64,000 bases of DNA, from the NCBI RefSeq assembly GCF_001194135.2, contig NC_068987.1, positions 77,518,715 through 77,582,714 of the forward strand, given 5' to 3'. This document shows positions 13,590 through 25,664 of the stretch, in pieces; the first letter of the stretch is position 1, and the number at the start of each line of letters is the position of its first letter. Position numbers and translations under genes: made by a program. The DNA comes from Octopus bimaculoides. Lineage: Eukaryota. The notes beneath the pieces were generated by a model that had not been told where the DNA came from, searched no databases, and saw nothing but the letters and a program-made list of their open reading frames with translations.

Positions 13590-15287
13590 AAGCACAAGAT
13601 TTTGTAAAAAAAATACTCATTGATGCCAGACCCTCCCTTTTGAGCAGTTTCCTGACACTTATTTGCACACAAGTCACTTTCTTTGCTTTTCCAGAATAGT
13701 TCTGTCCAAGAAGTGTCCAGACTGACTCCTGATTTCATCTGCTACACGCTTTTCCGACCTTTTACTCAAAGGTCAACCTGAATTTTTTTGGATCTGATAA
13801 AAATGAAGTAGTCATACAGGTTTTGACTATTCTTCTGAATTTGAGAATAGGAATGTTATTTGCCATACAGTAAATATATGCATTCATAACAGCCATATCA
13901 ATAAGGTTGGTGAAAATACCATCTCTTAGCATAGATTTTCATCCTGTACTTATTGATTACCCAATCCATTTTGTCTACTCCACCCATAAAAGTACTCAGC
14001 AAAACATTTGGTCTGTAGTACATTTATTTACTTATTTGCTTTTCACACTTTCAGTTGGTAGTGCACCTTGATAGTTTAAAGCATCTTCACATTATTGTTG
14101 TCTTTCTAAACTGTGGCAAATATTCCATGTTAAGTCTGTAATCATAGAAGCTTCTAGCCTTGCTCTTCAAATGTGTTATCAGGAACAAGTGGGCATTTAT
14201 TAGTGCAATAGCTCCGTACTGTTCCAGAACCTGAAACTCCTTTCTTAGTCAGTATTTTTTAAGCTCAAATCTTGTAAAAAAAAACATTATGTGGTCTGAA
14301 GGATTCTGAAGTTGCAAAACTCTTCAAAACAACTGTAGCTCCTAATCCAAATGAAGAATTTTGTCCTCCTTTCTTGCCTTCATACAGGTCAACATGAAAA
14401 CAATAACCTGTTGTGGAACAGTACATTGCCCAGTTCATGTCCAAATCTTATTTCTTATAGATTGCTTCAGAAAAAGTCAACCTTAATACTGCACCACTTG
14501 TTCATCAATTGCTCAGGTGCTTTCGAAAAACCTTAACAAAGCCTATGTTCATCCTATGAATTAGTGGTGCAATTTTGAAGGTTTTAAGAATTGCACCTGT
14601 TCCAAGTGTAGAGTTACCATTGAAGTGCAAATTTCTTTTAATTTCAATGTATCTATTTCATGCCATATATTCACGAATGAACTGAATCTTTACATCTTCA
14701 TCCTCACCCCAACATATTTGTTCTTGTGGCAAGTGATGCTAGCCTGTTAGTAAATAAAATCCAATGAAAATTTGAAGTTATGTCGATTATTTCGAATAGC
14801 ATGATACTTTGTCTTACAATATGAGTATCACATCATCAAAAAGAGTTTCAAAAGCCTCTACAGGGGATTTATCCTTGAATGATTTTTTTTTTTGTTGATT
14901 CTATCATTTAATGCATCAACATTTCCTCTTTCAACATGAAAATCTTCATGATGTATTCCAAGTTGATTTTGATTTCGTCTTGCACTTTCGACGTTTAGCT
15001 GCAGGTTCAACTCGATCTCTTACATTTGTTCCTGAATCTTCTAAACCATTTGAGTGCAATTCCAAGCATCCAGGTACATCGTTTGGATAATTATTACCAA
15101 GTTCATTTACATCTATCTCTTCCTTATCGGAAACGACACATACATTGTCAGGAGGAAGTTCCCCCACACCTTTTGGTGTATCGTCATCAGATACATAAGA
15201 AATTTCAGCCACAAAATCAGGATCATTCAACAAATCATTTTATTTCCTCTAGATTTAGAAATTTAGTTTTACTCCTAATTAAAGGCT
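13590..15287 (-). pseudogene. Degraded piggyBac transposase (PGBD2/PGBD3-like), same orientation as RPS16
   Basis: Frameshifted fragments: LLNDPDF..EEIDVNEL; SPVEAFETLFDD; HLPQEQICWGEDEDV..NRYIEIKRNLHF; AIDEQVVQY; YCSTTGYCFHVDLYEGK; VMNAY; GHFLD..EKQRK*LVCK. Confidence 0.88.
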
Positions 15288-15733
15288 CTGAAAAATGAAG
15301 TACTTCATTATGCAAACAAAATATATAGAACAAAAATCCAAATATTTTAGAAATTTGGGGTAAAAATAGTAAATAATGTTTATCCAGATATGAAACTCAT
15401 GTCATGGGCCCCCAAATGGGGATCGTTGAAAAAGGCGTTCTTTTTAATTCAATTGCAATAAGCGTTTTAGTTTTTTTGAAACTATAGTATCCAATGCAAA
15501 TGTGTACAAAATATCCATGATGATGATATCGATGGGAAATGCAAAAAAAAAGTTTTCAAAACAATCGATATTTTTGTAGTTCAAAAATTGCAATTTATGA
15601 CAAAATGTCCTCTAGAATTGGCCAGAGCTAATGACAAACTTTAACTACTAAATATTGCTATAGACACCTCTGCAAATGTAATGTACATAGGCAATTCACT
15701 TAAAATACAACTGGCAATGAGACTTTAGCAGAT

Positions 15734-15767
15734 CCCCAAATGGGACTCATGGCAGGCAATGGGTTCA
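15734..15767 (-). mobile_element. 5' terminus of the PGBD2/3-like piggyBac (degenerate TTAA + CCCATTGCCTGCCATG)
   Basis: Minus strand reads tgaa-CCCATTGCCTGCCATGAGTCCCATTTGGGG; internal repeat CCCCAAATGGG recurs near 15410. Confidence 0.55.
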
Positions 15768-16971
15768 GACCATGCTAAATCCATTTATGATAGCTTACTA
15801 ATCTACAAACATTCAAACCAAGACAGCCTGCTTTAAGCAACAAGTATTGCCACTGGTATAAGTTTCCAGCAAAGACCAGTCAGCCACTCAAATGAAAATT
15901 TATCATCATCATTTAACGTCCGCTTTCCATGGGTTGGACGATTTGACAGAGGACTGGTGAACCAGATGGCTGCACCAGGCTCCAATCTGATCTGGCAGAG
16001 TTTCTACAGCTGGATGCCCTTCCTAACGCCAACCACTCCAAGAGTGTAGTGGGTGCTTTTACCTGCCACCGGCACGAGGGCCAGTCCAGGGGCACCGGCA
16101 ACGATCTCACTGGAATGTTTTTTCACATGCCACCGGTACAAGTGCCAGTAAGGCAACACTGGTAACGATCACGCTCAAATGGTGCTTTTTACGTGCCACT
16201 GGCATGGAAGCCAGACTGCTGCTCTACGGGTGCCAGTCATCGAATTTGGTTCAATTACGATTTACACCTTGGATATTTATGAACAGTTATTAGCGTCTTG
16301 GTTACCTTTCATCTAAAAGCACCTTATCTTACAATATAGGATTAAAACAAAAGGCCCATTTCATTAAACCATTGGCCTTTCCCCAACACCAGTTTATGTG
16401 GAAATCAATCACAATACAGAAACCACATTACTTACAATTCTCACTCCACATAATGTTATGCAACTTAGTGTCTGCACTTGGGTAAAATCCACTCCCCCAC
16501 CACTTACCTATCTCTCCTGGGTACCATTAGCAATAATTCTATGTTACTCTAGCTCGTCTCCATTCCAAGTTCATCTATTTCTAACACTCTCATAATTACC
16601 AGCAATAGTTCAACTATTGCTCATCATGTATCGAGGACAACTATTTCATCTCTCTGAAATCATCCTCAAATATTTTTCATGTACATGATTTCTCTTGGCT
16701 CTTGTAATCATCATGCCATCATCATTGCCATGTTAGATACCAAATCATTTACCATCTTGAACTACTTGCACCAATTAAGTCTGTCTATATTCCTGAATAT
16801 CACTACTTAATCATATATCGCAACCCACATCAACCTACAACACAATATTTTGCCCAGGAGATACTGATACTTCAAAGCAGTTAATTTGTAATGGTTAGGT
16901 ACTGCACCTCTCTCTTGATTAAATATGAAACTGAGATAAAAATTAAATTAGATGAAGTGAAAAGAACTCAC

Positions 16972-17068
16972 CATAAATCTGGGCAACATGACCACCACCT
17001 TTCACCTTTACTCTAATATCAACTGCAGAAAATCGGTCTTTTCCGAGCAATAATAATGGTTCTTGTAG
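16972..17068 (-). CDS. RPS16: RPS16 exon 4: [32 protein letters not shown](A)
   Basis: 97 nt, tag| ... G|gtgagt, phase 0-1; [10 protein letters not shown] signature. Confidence 0.98.
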
Positions 17069-17946
17069 CTAGAAGAAAGAAATTTACATTTTCAGCTTAT
17101 TCAAGATAAGAAATTAAAGATAAAATTTTCATTTCTGTAAATTTATAAAATACCATAGAAAGCTTCTGCTCTTTTGATTTGCCATATCATAGGCTATTTG
17201 AAAAGCTAAATCAGACAATTATATAAAGGAAGTTCATTAATCTAGTAATGTATTTTAGACAAGCCATTCCAATATAGTTCAACCAATGAATTTTCTAACT
17301 AGCACCAACTATCAATGGTTGAAGTAAAATCATCGTTCTGGAAATATTAAACAAAACTACAAAATGACAAGACTCAAGCATAAACAAAGTGTTTCCAGTG
17401 ATGAAGATATGACAATTTCATGATTAAATGGAAATAGTTAGATATAATCATCAATTTAACATCCACTTTTCAAATGCTTGCACAGGTTAGACAATTGAGG
17501 CAGATTTTCTATGGTTGGATACTCTTCCTGTTGCTAACCCTCACCAGTTTCCAAGCAAGGTGATAGATTTCCTCAAGGCCAGACATGTTCTCACAAAATA
17601 TTGGAAATAAATTATACTACTTGTATGGCAGAGACAATAACAAGACAAAGAGACACACACTTGACTAGCTCTTTCAGTTTCCTTCTACCAAATCTGCTCA
17701 CAAGGTTTGTGCTGGTCCAGGGATAAAGAAGGCATTTGCCTTTGGTGCCACACAGTGAAACTGAACCCAGAACCATGTAGTTGGGAAGCAAAGTTCATAC
17801 TAAACAGCCATATCTGCACCTATATGTTAATGAAAGCTTCAGGATCCAGCAGATTTACTCCAGCCAATAAAGTTTGCGTGACACTGATGCATAAAGTATC
17901 AAATTAATAGATTTATGACTAAATATACATATTTGAAAAGTCTTAC

Positions 17947-18048
17947 CTTATAGCGTAAAATCTGTGGCTCTAGATTCTCCAATGGACGACCATTGACTTT
18001 GATTAAACCACGACCACGTTTACAGTGAGCAACAGCAGTGGCAGTTTT
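17947..18048 (-). CDS. RPS16: RPS16 exon 3: [34 protein letters not shown]
   Basis: 102 nt, cag| ... |gtaag, phase 0-0; recognisable S16 sequence. Confidence 0.98.
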
Positions 18049-18429
18049 CTGAAATGTTTAAAATTTGAAACAATCAATACACATCCTTTACATATACTCC
18101 CAACAGCACCCCAACTCAAACACACATTACTATAACCAGTGAAAATTGTAGGAATAAAAGAGTAAGCATTTTTAATTTACATTCAGTTTATACAGAGAGA
18201 CCTATTGCAATCCAACAAAATTGTCCTGGTTTTCTTGGTTATAATCAATGCAGCATTTGTAATTGTAAATGCAGACAATACTTCAAAGTTTGAGTAACTC
18301 TATTGATCTCAACTTGTCCAAGACTACTGCTGGTTCTATGATATAAATTACATGATTTAAAGCAATCTAAATGAAAATTTCCCATCAGAATTTCACGCTT
18401 GTTCTTGCAAACTTGAAACACTAGTAGTA

Positions 18430-19380
18430 TGCTTAGTACATGAAGATTATGATTCCTTACATAAAAAACACCCTTCTCAATGACATTTAAAGCGTATGTA
18501 AAAATATGAAAACTATTACAAATCAGGAAGATAATTATCGATTTAAGTTATTGTATGCTATAAGAATTGTGTACATTTCCAACAGTATGTCAGGCAAACC
18601 CACAAAATGAGGGAATCAAGGTATGGAAAATTTGTGAGGAGAGTACTAAGTATTGCTATGAATTTTTAAATGTGGGAGAGACAACATAAGTGAACATGAT
18701 GTAGCCTGGAAATTAACATTTCCATAGTAAAACCAGCACCATATATTATTTCAATTGGTTTTTCAGTTGCCAAACTTGCAAAGGATTTAGAAGTTGTGGG
18801 AATATATGTGAGCTGCAGTGATTGCAAATAGAAAAGAGTTGCCACCAGATATAAAAGGAAAATTGTTTAAAGTGATGGAAAACAAAGGAAATTTGCTAGT
18901 GACCACGAAGTGCTTAACTTACATGGAGATCTTCAGTCAAATCGTCCAACCCATGCTAGCATGGAAAATGGACGTTAAACGATGATGATGAACCTTAATT
19001 ACAAGTTACATAGGAGGTGTGTGAATCAGATGATGAGCTATGACTTGGTTGGTAATAAGTGGTTGTGATACCTGGTTTGGTATGTCACAAACAAGAGTAC
19101 TGGTATGCATTTTTACTATACAAAAGCACAAGACCATCTGCAGGTCCAAGTAGATGGGGCAGTGCAATTGAGAGTAGGTTGCTCATGGAGAAAAAAGGCC
19201 TGCCAGAGGGATGGTTCCTTAAATGTAGCCAATCTTCATAAAAGACAGGTAAAAAAGTCTGTCACAAACATGAATGCCTTACCTATGTGGTCACTAGTGG
19301 ACAGTCAATTGAAACAGCTTTTCAGTGAGCAATCTACAAAGTTGTATTTATGAAATGTGGGATCCTTTACACGTTTCCAT
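18430..19380 (+). pseudogene. Degraded piggyBac transposase fragment (PGBD4-like) in RPS16 intron 2
   Basis: Frameshifted VHFQQY..GKPTK*GIKVWKICEESTKYCYEF; AKLAKDLEVVGIYV; NRKELPPDIK; Cys-rich tail remnant. Confidence 0.7.
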
Positions 19381-20794
19381 GACAGGAATATTATATCTAA
19401 TTTAACCTTCATAAAATGCCTTTTTCAAATTTATCCCATTTTATTTATTGTAATTTTCTTTATTATAATTAGAAATTTGATTGTAAGGTTAATGACAACT
19501 TTTGATTCATATTTTTAATTTGTAAGTATTTCATTTTACTATGTATATGGGAATTTATTTCATTTCGTAAGTTTCTTTAATAAATTCCAGTATTTTGTTC
19601 TACTGTACCTTTATGGTACACTTCTATTATGTGTATTTTAGCTTAATTGAGAAATCAATGCAAAAAAAATTCTATATTAAAATGAATACTCAACTGAATG
19701 AGCTAATTAACTGGGATTTTTTAAACAAAATTTTAATTAATTTTTGTGAATTTACTTATAACTGTAATCAGATTTGCTTTGATAAAAAATATGTAACAGA
19801 ACTTTTTGTTGTAGTTCCAAAACCATATTCGTAAGACGATAAAAAGCTTAATGAAATCAGACCGGTGACAGAGGAAATTCGTCCCCCGTGCAAAATCAGA
19901 TCACTGTAGGATCACCAATTGCACTGAAATCGATGTTAAAAGGGAAAAAAATATACAAATTTCGGATCTCAAATCAGTAACATTCCCCAGCTTTAACAAA
20001 TGAAGATTATATCTTGATAATATAAACTATAAGAGAGAAAACTTTATTGAGGATACGTATATTTGAGCATTGGAAATTAAAATGTCAGTGAACAGGAGGG
20101 AGGGAAATAACAGAATGAAAAGCAACCTAACATTTGATTGCCATTTAAAAGCTTTTTCTTGTGCATTTAAGAATATGATTAATAAATATTAATTGCCGCG
20201 AAAATACATTTAGTGCATTAAAAGATCGAGAGCTAAAACTGCTACGTTAATTATAATCGATTAAATAGACCACGTGGAGCATATGAGAGACGAAGAAAAG
20301 ACGTTACACTATTGATAGAATGTGAATGCTTTGTTTAATCAAGGGTCAGTCCTGATCACAAAGTGATTCCAACCATGACCATAACCTTTTTTCTTTTTCT
20401 ATTTCATTATATCGTAAAATGTGCCGGTGCTTTTTTTTTTTTTTTGCCAACATGATAGTGGGCAAATTTAGACTTGAAAGCTATTTCTGACACTGGGCAA
20501 CCACTGAAGCTCCATAATCGGCTCCTAAAACTAACTTACGAGATAATTTTTAAAATCTAACGTTCTTGGGCGTATTACTCAAACATCAAATATCCAATTA
20601 ACGACGACAAATTATAAGAGTTAATTATTTTAACATCGTAATCTGTTAGTAGTGAGTAGTGATTAATTTACAACAAACATATTCCAAGCAAGAAACAAAC
20701 AAAAAGAAACTAAGCAAAAAATACATTTGTAGGATTGAATAATTCTTTTTTTCTAACATTGAGTTTTAACTGGAAAGGAATTCACAAAACTTAC

Positions 20795-20843
20795 TTTACG
20801 TCCGTAGACTTGAACAGCCTGGATGGGTTGCTTGGGAGCACTG
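20795..20843 (-). CDS. RPS16: RPS16 exon 2: (N)SAPKQPIQAVQVYGRK
   Basis: tttttag|CAG acceptor (alternative AG 3 nt further in), AAA|gtaagt donor; VQVYGRK matches the uS9/S16 N-terminal motif. Confidence 0.95.
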
Positions 20844-20881
20844 CTAAAAAGGGAAAAAACAAAACAATCAATTAATCCATT

Positions 20882-20940
20882 AAATCAATTACAACGACAT
20901 TAAACTATCCAAATCCAATTACAACGACATTAAACTATCG
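20882..20940. repeat. 29/30-bp tandem duplication in RPS16 intron 1
   Basis: aaatc(c)aattacaacgacattaaactatc x2. Confidence 0.9.
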
Positions 20941-20978
20941 AAATTCAAAGAAATTTAGGGAAAGAAAACGGAGCCTAC

Positions 20979-20983
20979 TTCAT
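20979..20983 (-). CDS. RPS16: 40S ribosomal protein S16, coding exon 1 (ATG AA)
   Basis: ttcaaagATGAA|gtaggc, downstream of pyrimidine tract CTTCCTTTT; phase 2 joins exon 2 in frame. Confidence 0.88.
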
Positions 20984-21002
20984 CTTTGAAAATCTCGGTT
21001 CT

Positions 21003-21011
21003 AAAAGGAAG
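21003..21011 (-). promoter_or_regulatory. 5'TOP/TCT initiator of RPS16 (CTTCCTTTT)
   Basis: C-initiated pyrimidine tract about 20 nt upstream of the ATG, as is typical of ribosomal protein genes. Confidence 0.8.
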
Positions 21012-21232
21012 TGCTACGGGTTGAACATTTGCTAATCATATGAGCAGATAGCCTCAATCCAGTATGTGTGTGTCGTTCTTTACACAAAAAGTCGCTGCAG
21101 AAACGTATTATAAAATATTTTGTTTATTTAATTATTTAATAATATTATTTATTCAGCTAATAGTTTGAAATTTTTAATGCGATTTTATTAAAAATATTAA
21201 GTAATGGTGTTCTGATTCAGGCTATATTTTTT

Positions 21233-21240
21233 ACTTCCGG
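21233..21240. promoter_or_regulatory. ETS/GABP-type motif ACTTCCGG upstream of RPS16
   Basis: Exact ACTTCCGG about 220 bp upstream of the TOP start; ETS sites are common in ribosomal protein promoters; single short motif only. Confidence 0.4.
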
Positions 21241-21509
21241 TTTAATGCCATGTGGCTTCTTACAATAGTCGCTCCCACATGATTACTTGACTGCTAGAAA
21301 TAGCAGCCAAATATCATTCTCAAGCCACCTTGAAAAGAACAGCTCGTTGGGTAATATAATCTTGCCTTTACTATCTGAAAAACAAGACGGCATGATTATG
21401 ACTATAATGCTTTTGATCCTACTCTTGTTCGTTTAAGGCTGACCTTGAGCTAAACACAAACGAACTTTGTATTGATAAAAAAAATCAAGTTTTGTGGAAG
21501 TACTTCTCC

Positions 21510-21546
<37 letters not shown>

Positions 21547-22609
21547 ATTCAAATAAAATAATTGACTTAAACATTGTTTTAATGTTTTCAGATCAAATTT
21601 TATAGGTTAAAATTGAATTTTAAAAAAGTGATTAAGTGCAAGTTATTTGGTTAATCTGTAATTAAAAAAAAAACGTTTTTGTGATAATTCAAATTTCAAT
21701 CCATTTTAAAATTTGCTTTTCTTCTTTTTTTCTTACCCAATTTTGGGTTATAAAAAAGGAAGAAAAGAAAATCATGTCTATTTGTTGAAAATATTCTTGT
21801 AATGATGTCAGTAGTATCAATTGTGTAGCAACAGGTCAACTCTCAGAACAGATTTATGATCAGAGACTTTCCCTTCGAGACCATCCCGTCTTTTCTCAGT
21901 CGTACATTATCCAATTCTTTATGTAAGATTATTGGGTATGGTTTGCAGGTTTAGTTCCTGAAGCAGTTGATACAGTTTGTGAAGTTACATTACTACAGTG
22001 CTGATATTCCATCCCTATCAGTGGTTTTCACTTATGGTGAAACAGTTTAAAACATTTATCTAGATTTTTTCTGTAAGCTACTTTCCATTGTTCTCGGCAT
22101 TCATTGTAGGAAATTTATGAAAGTCAACCGTCATATTCTGTTCAACCTAGATAAGACCTATTCTGTTACTAAACATCTTAGGTTAAATTCAGTTCAAATT
22201 AGATAAACGCATCCGCCTTCTTTTGTTCTCTTGATCTACTTTCTGCTATTAAAACATGTATAAATACAGAACCCAAACAGAATTCTCACTATCTTTCGTT
22301 CGATGCCTTTGCCATATGTCAGGGCTGGGTTGAGACCCATAAAGGACCTGAGCTCTTAAAAGATTTTGGCGCCTCCGTATATATGTAACTCAAAATGTAA
22401 GCAATAATAAGCCATAAAATTTTTATTGTTTATATTCTGAATTATATACATACAGAGAAAAGTATGCAAACCTTGTCGTTACTAGCATCTTACCACTGTA
22501 AAACAACCAACTGATAGATATGCAGAGAAAGGAAACAATGCTTCCATAAATTAGTGTTGGTAATCAAATCTTTGCCAATCAGTCAAATGGATTTTCTTTT
22601 TTCATAATG

Positions 22610-22960
22610 ACTAGCTTGTGAATACAAGGAGTCAAAATGGGGTTCCTCCAAAGGATCTCTAGAGTAATGTACTTAACTGGGTGCATAGCTCAAATATCAG
22701 GGAGTCTCTCCAGGTTGAGCTGCTGAGACATCACAGCTCCAGTACAATGATCATGTGGTTAGAATGCCATAGGAAAGGATTGCAAGACAGATACTTGCAA
22801 TTGGTAAGAGACCTCAGAGTGGATCATAAAACGGTTGGATAGGATCCATAGTCTCAATCGCTCACACTGAGGAATTTAACCAGAAAGTTTAAAGAGACTT
22901 GTTTCTGACAGGACTCTATGGAGAAGAGCTCTACTTCTATGACATTCCCGGAAATTGTGA
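22610..22960 (+). mobile_element. RTE-clade LINE 3' fragment
   Basis: Degraded translation MGFLQRIS..SSNIRESLQVE..HVVRMP..GKRPQSG..WLDRIHS..SDRTLWRRAL. Confidence 0.7.
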
Positions 22961-23894
22961 TCTTCAATAATGGATGGATAGATAACATGCTTGAGTTTGC
23001 AAAACTACAGCACTGTGCCAAATATATGCAACTTACTTAAGTCTCATTCATTACAGGTCTTTATGAAAAGAAGGTCAGCAACTAGTTAGAACTAAAATAT
23101 TTTTTGTCCTTCGAAAGGAATCCTAGTCTTTGTGATGCAGTCATGTCAGAACAAATACTAGAAGGCATTTCATGAGACTACCAAAATGTTCTTTACAAAG
23201 AGTACTGGGTAGGTACTTTTTGCATGGCACCAGCACTAGTGAGGTCAACCTGTAGCTTGTAAGACTAAGAACTCTGAGAGAGGTGGCTTTTTGTTAAGAG
23301 ATGAGAGGATTAAGGTATGAAAAGGGGGCCAGAGCAAAACAGGTTTCTTACTGTAGCGATTCTACATGATAGCTCACATTTTAGAAGAGAGGGTGTGAGT
23401 AATTGGAGAGGAACTGAGATAAAAATAGTGGTGATGGGGTGTCTGGATGGACCCTCAAGGTACAAGATGAAAAGTGACTGGCCCTCGTGCAGGTGGCACA
23501 TAGAAGCACTCACTACACTCTCTGAGTGGTTGGCGTTAGGAAGGACATCCAGCTGTAGAAACTCTGCCAAATCAGATTGGAGCCTGGTATAGCCTACTGG
23601 TTCGCCAGTCCTCAGTCAAATCATCCAACCCATGGAAAGCAAACGTTAAACGATGATGATGATGATGATGATAATATATATAGATTCAGGTGAATATGCT
23701 ACTTAAGTTGAGGCACCAGAATTTAGTAAGGCATTTTCCATACAATTTCAAAGTTAGGTGGTTAAAATCAAAATAAACGACAAGGATATCCAGAGGTCAT
23801 GCAGTACGATCGTTTCATGCAACTCCATTTAATTCTTGCTTATTTTGATATATATATATATATATATATAATACACTCACAGTACTTCCAGAAC

Positions 23895-24860
23895 TTAGTT
23901 TTGCTGAGATGTGCAAGTCTTCATAAGAACGGCACACTGCCAATCCTCCTGGCCCCTTGTTATCTCCTCTGTGAGATTCAAACTCCTGAGATCATCTTCT
24001 ACCACTTCATCTTATATCTTCCTGGGTCTTCCTCTTCCAGAAATTTCATCTGCATTTAGCATGTCTTTATATAACTGTTCTCCTCTATACACATCACATG
24101 ACCATACTAGCACAGTCTTCTCTCTTCCACATTACATTTGATTCTTCTTATACCCAATTTTCCTCTCAACACACTTGCACTTTGCTGTTTATGCACACTG
24201 ACCTTACACACCCAACAGAGCATGCTTGTCTCATTTCTTTCTAGTCTTTGCATGTCCTTTGCACTCAAAGCTCATATTACACAGCCATATAGTATCTATT
24301 TCCAGTATGCTCTTAGTAATTGTTGCTCCTGTAGCATACTTCTCACAACATGTGTCTCTTCAGCTCTGCCTTGCTGCCACAACTTCTTGTTACAGCACTT
24401 CAACTACTTAGTACCTTGGATACGAACTGGTATTTCCCGCCTTTGTGCCTGGACTTTCTTATAGACTCTTCTATGCTCTGTATTTCTCTCACACACATAC
24501 ATCTATGGTTGTATACACATACACTTTGCTTGCATGACAGCCTGTCTATTATTGTGTTTATTATGTTGCACTCACACACACAAAAACCTTCTCTTAAACC
24601 TTCTACCAGCTGTGTCTCTCTTTTCTTTTTTGGCACTTATACTCATTTAACTGCTTTCCGTGTTTTCTATTTGTGTCGATCATGCGATGCGCTAAAGGAG
24701 CCATTCCTCATCACCATCTCCTGGTTGCACGGTCGTTACACTTCCATGCATCTTCTCCGTACAAATTCTACTCTCTTTCTTAACATTCCTGCATCTCTTA
24801 TGTGTCCAGTTTACATTGGGTACATCAGGCCGTTTCTCTGATGAAAGTAAACTTTTGCCT
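23895..24860 (-). mobile_element. RTE-clade LINE 3' fragment
   Basis: KDMQRLERNETSMLCWVCKVSVH..LRGKLGIRRIKC..YGHVM..GRGRPRKI*DEVVEDDLRSLNLTEE. Confidence 0.8.
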
Positions 24861-25664
24861 GTTTTCCTACTCACTAAAATTTTGATCTTTATTAAGTTAA
24901 CTTTGCATCAGTACACTTTGTAAAGTGTTTGACATTAGGAAGGATAGCCAACTATAGAAACCATGCCAAAACAAACATTGGAGCCTGATGCAGTCCTCTG
25001 ACATGCTGGAACTTGTCAAACTATCCATCACATGCCTGTATGGAAGTTGGTCCTTAAAATAATATAGTAATACTAATTATGTATACTGTGTTAGAGTACT
25101 CCATCAGTTATGATGACAATTGTTCCAGTCAATCCAATCAACTGCTTGTGAAATTAACATGCAAGTGGCTGAGCACTCCACAGACACGCATACCCTTAAA
25201 CAAGGAAATTCAGTGTGACATAGAATATGACATAGCTGGCCCTTTCAAAATATAGGCACTACTGATTTTTGCCAGCTGAGAGAACTGGAAACAACATAAA
25301 ATAAAGTGTCTTTCACAAGGACACAAAGCACCAGCAGGTACCGAATCCATAACCTTTTGATCATGAGCCAAATATCTTAACCACTAAAGTCAATTATATC
25401 AATCAATCAATTTATTATATAAAGAACCTATGAGGTAATGGGTTGGTATAATCAACAATACCCTTCACATCAAATTTCTGGTAATGTGTCTGCATTAGAA
25501 ATCAATTATCTATAATTAGTCTTTGTGACTCTTTGATCAATCAATTATTCAGCATACATCAGTAATGGCTGTTTTAATTCAATATCAAAGATGTTTCTTA
25601 GGTTTTTGAAACACAGGAACCATTTGCTACAACATTTGATTAGTGTACTCTCTTTTCTCTTTTT

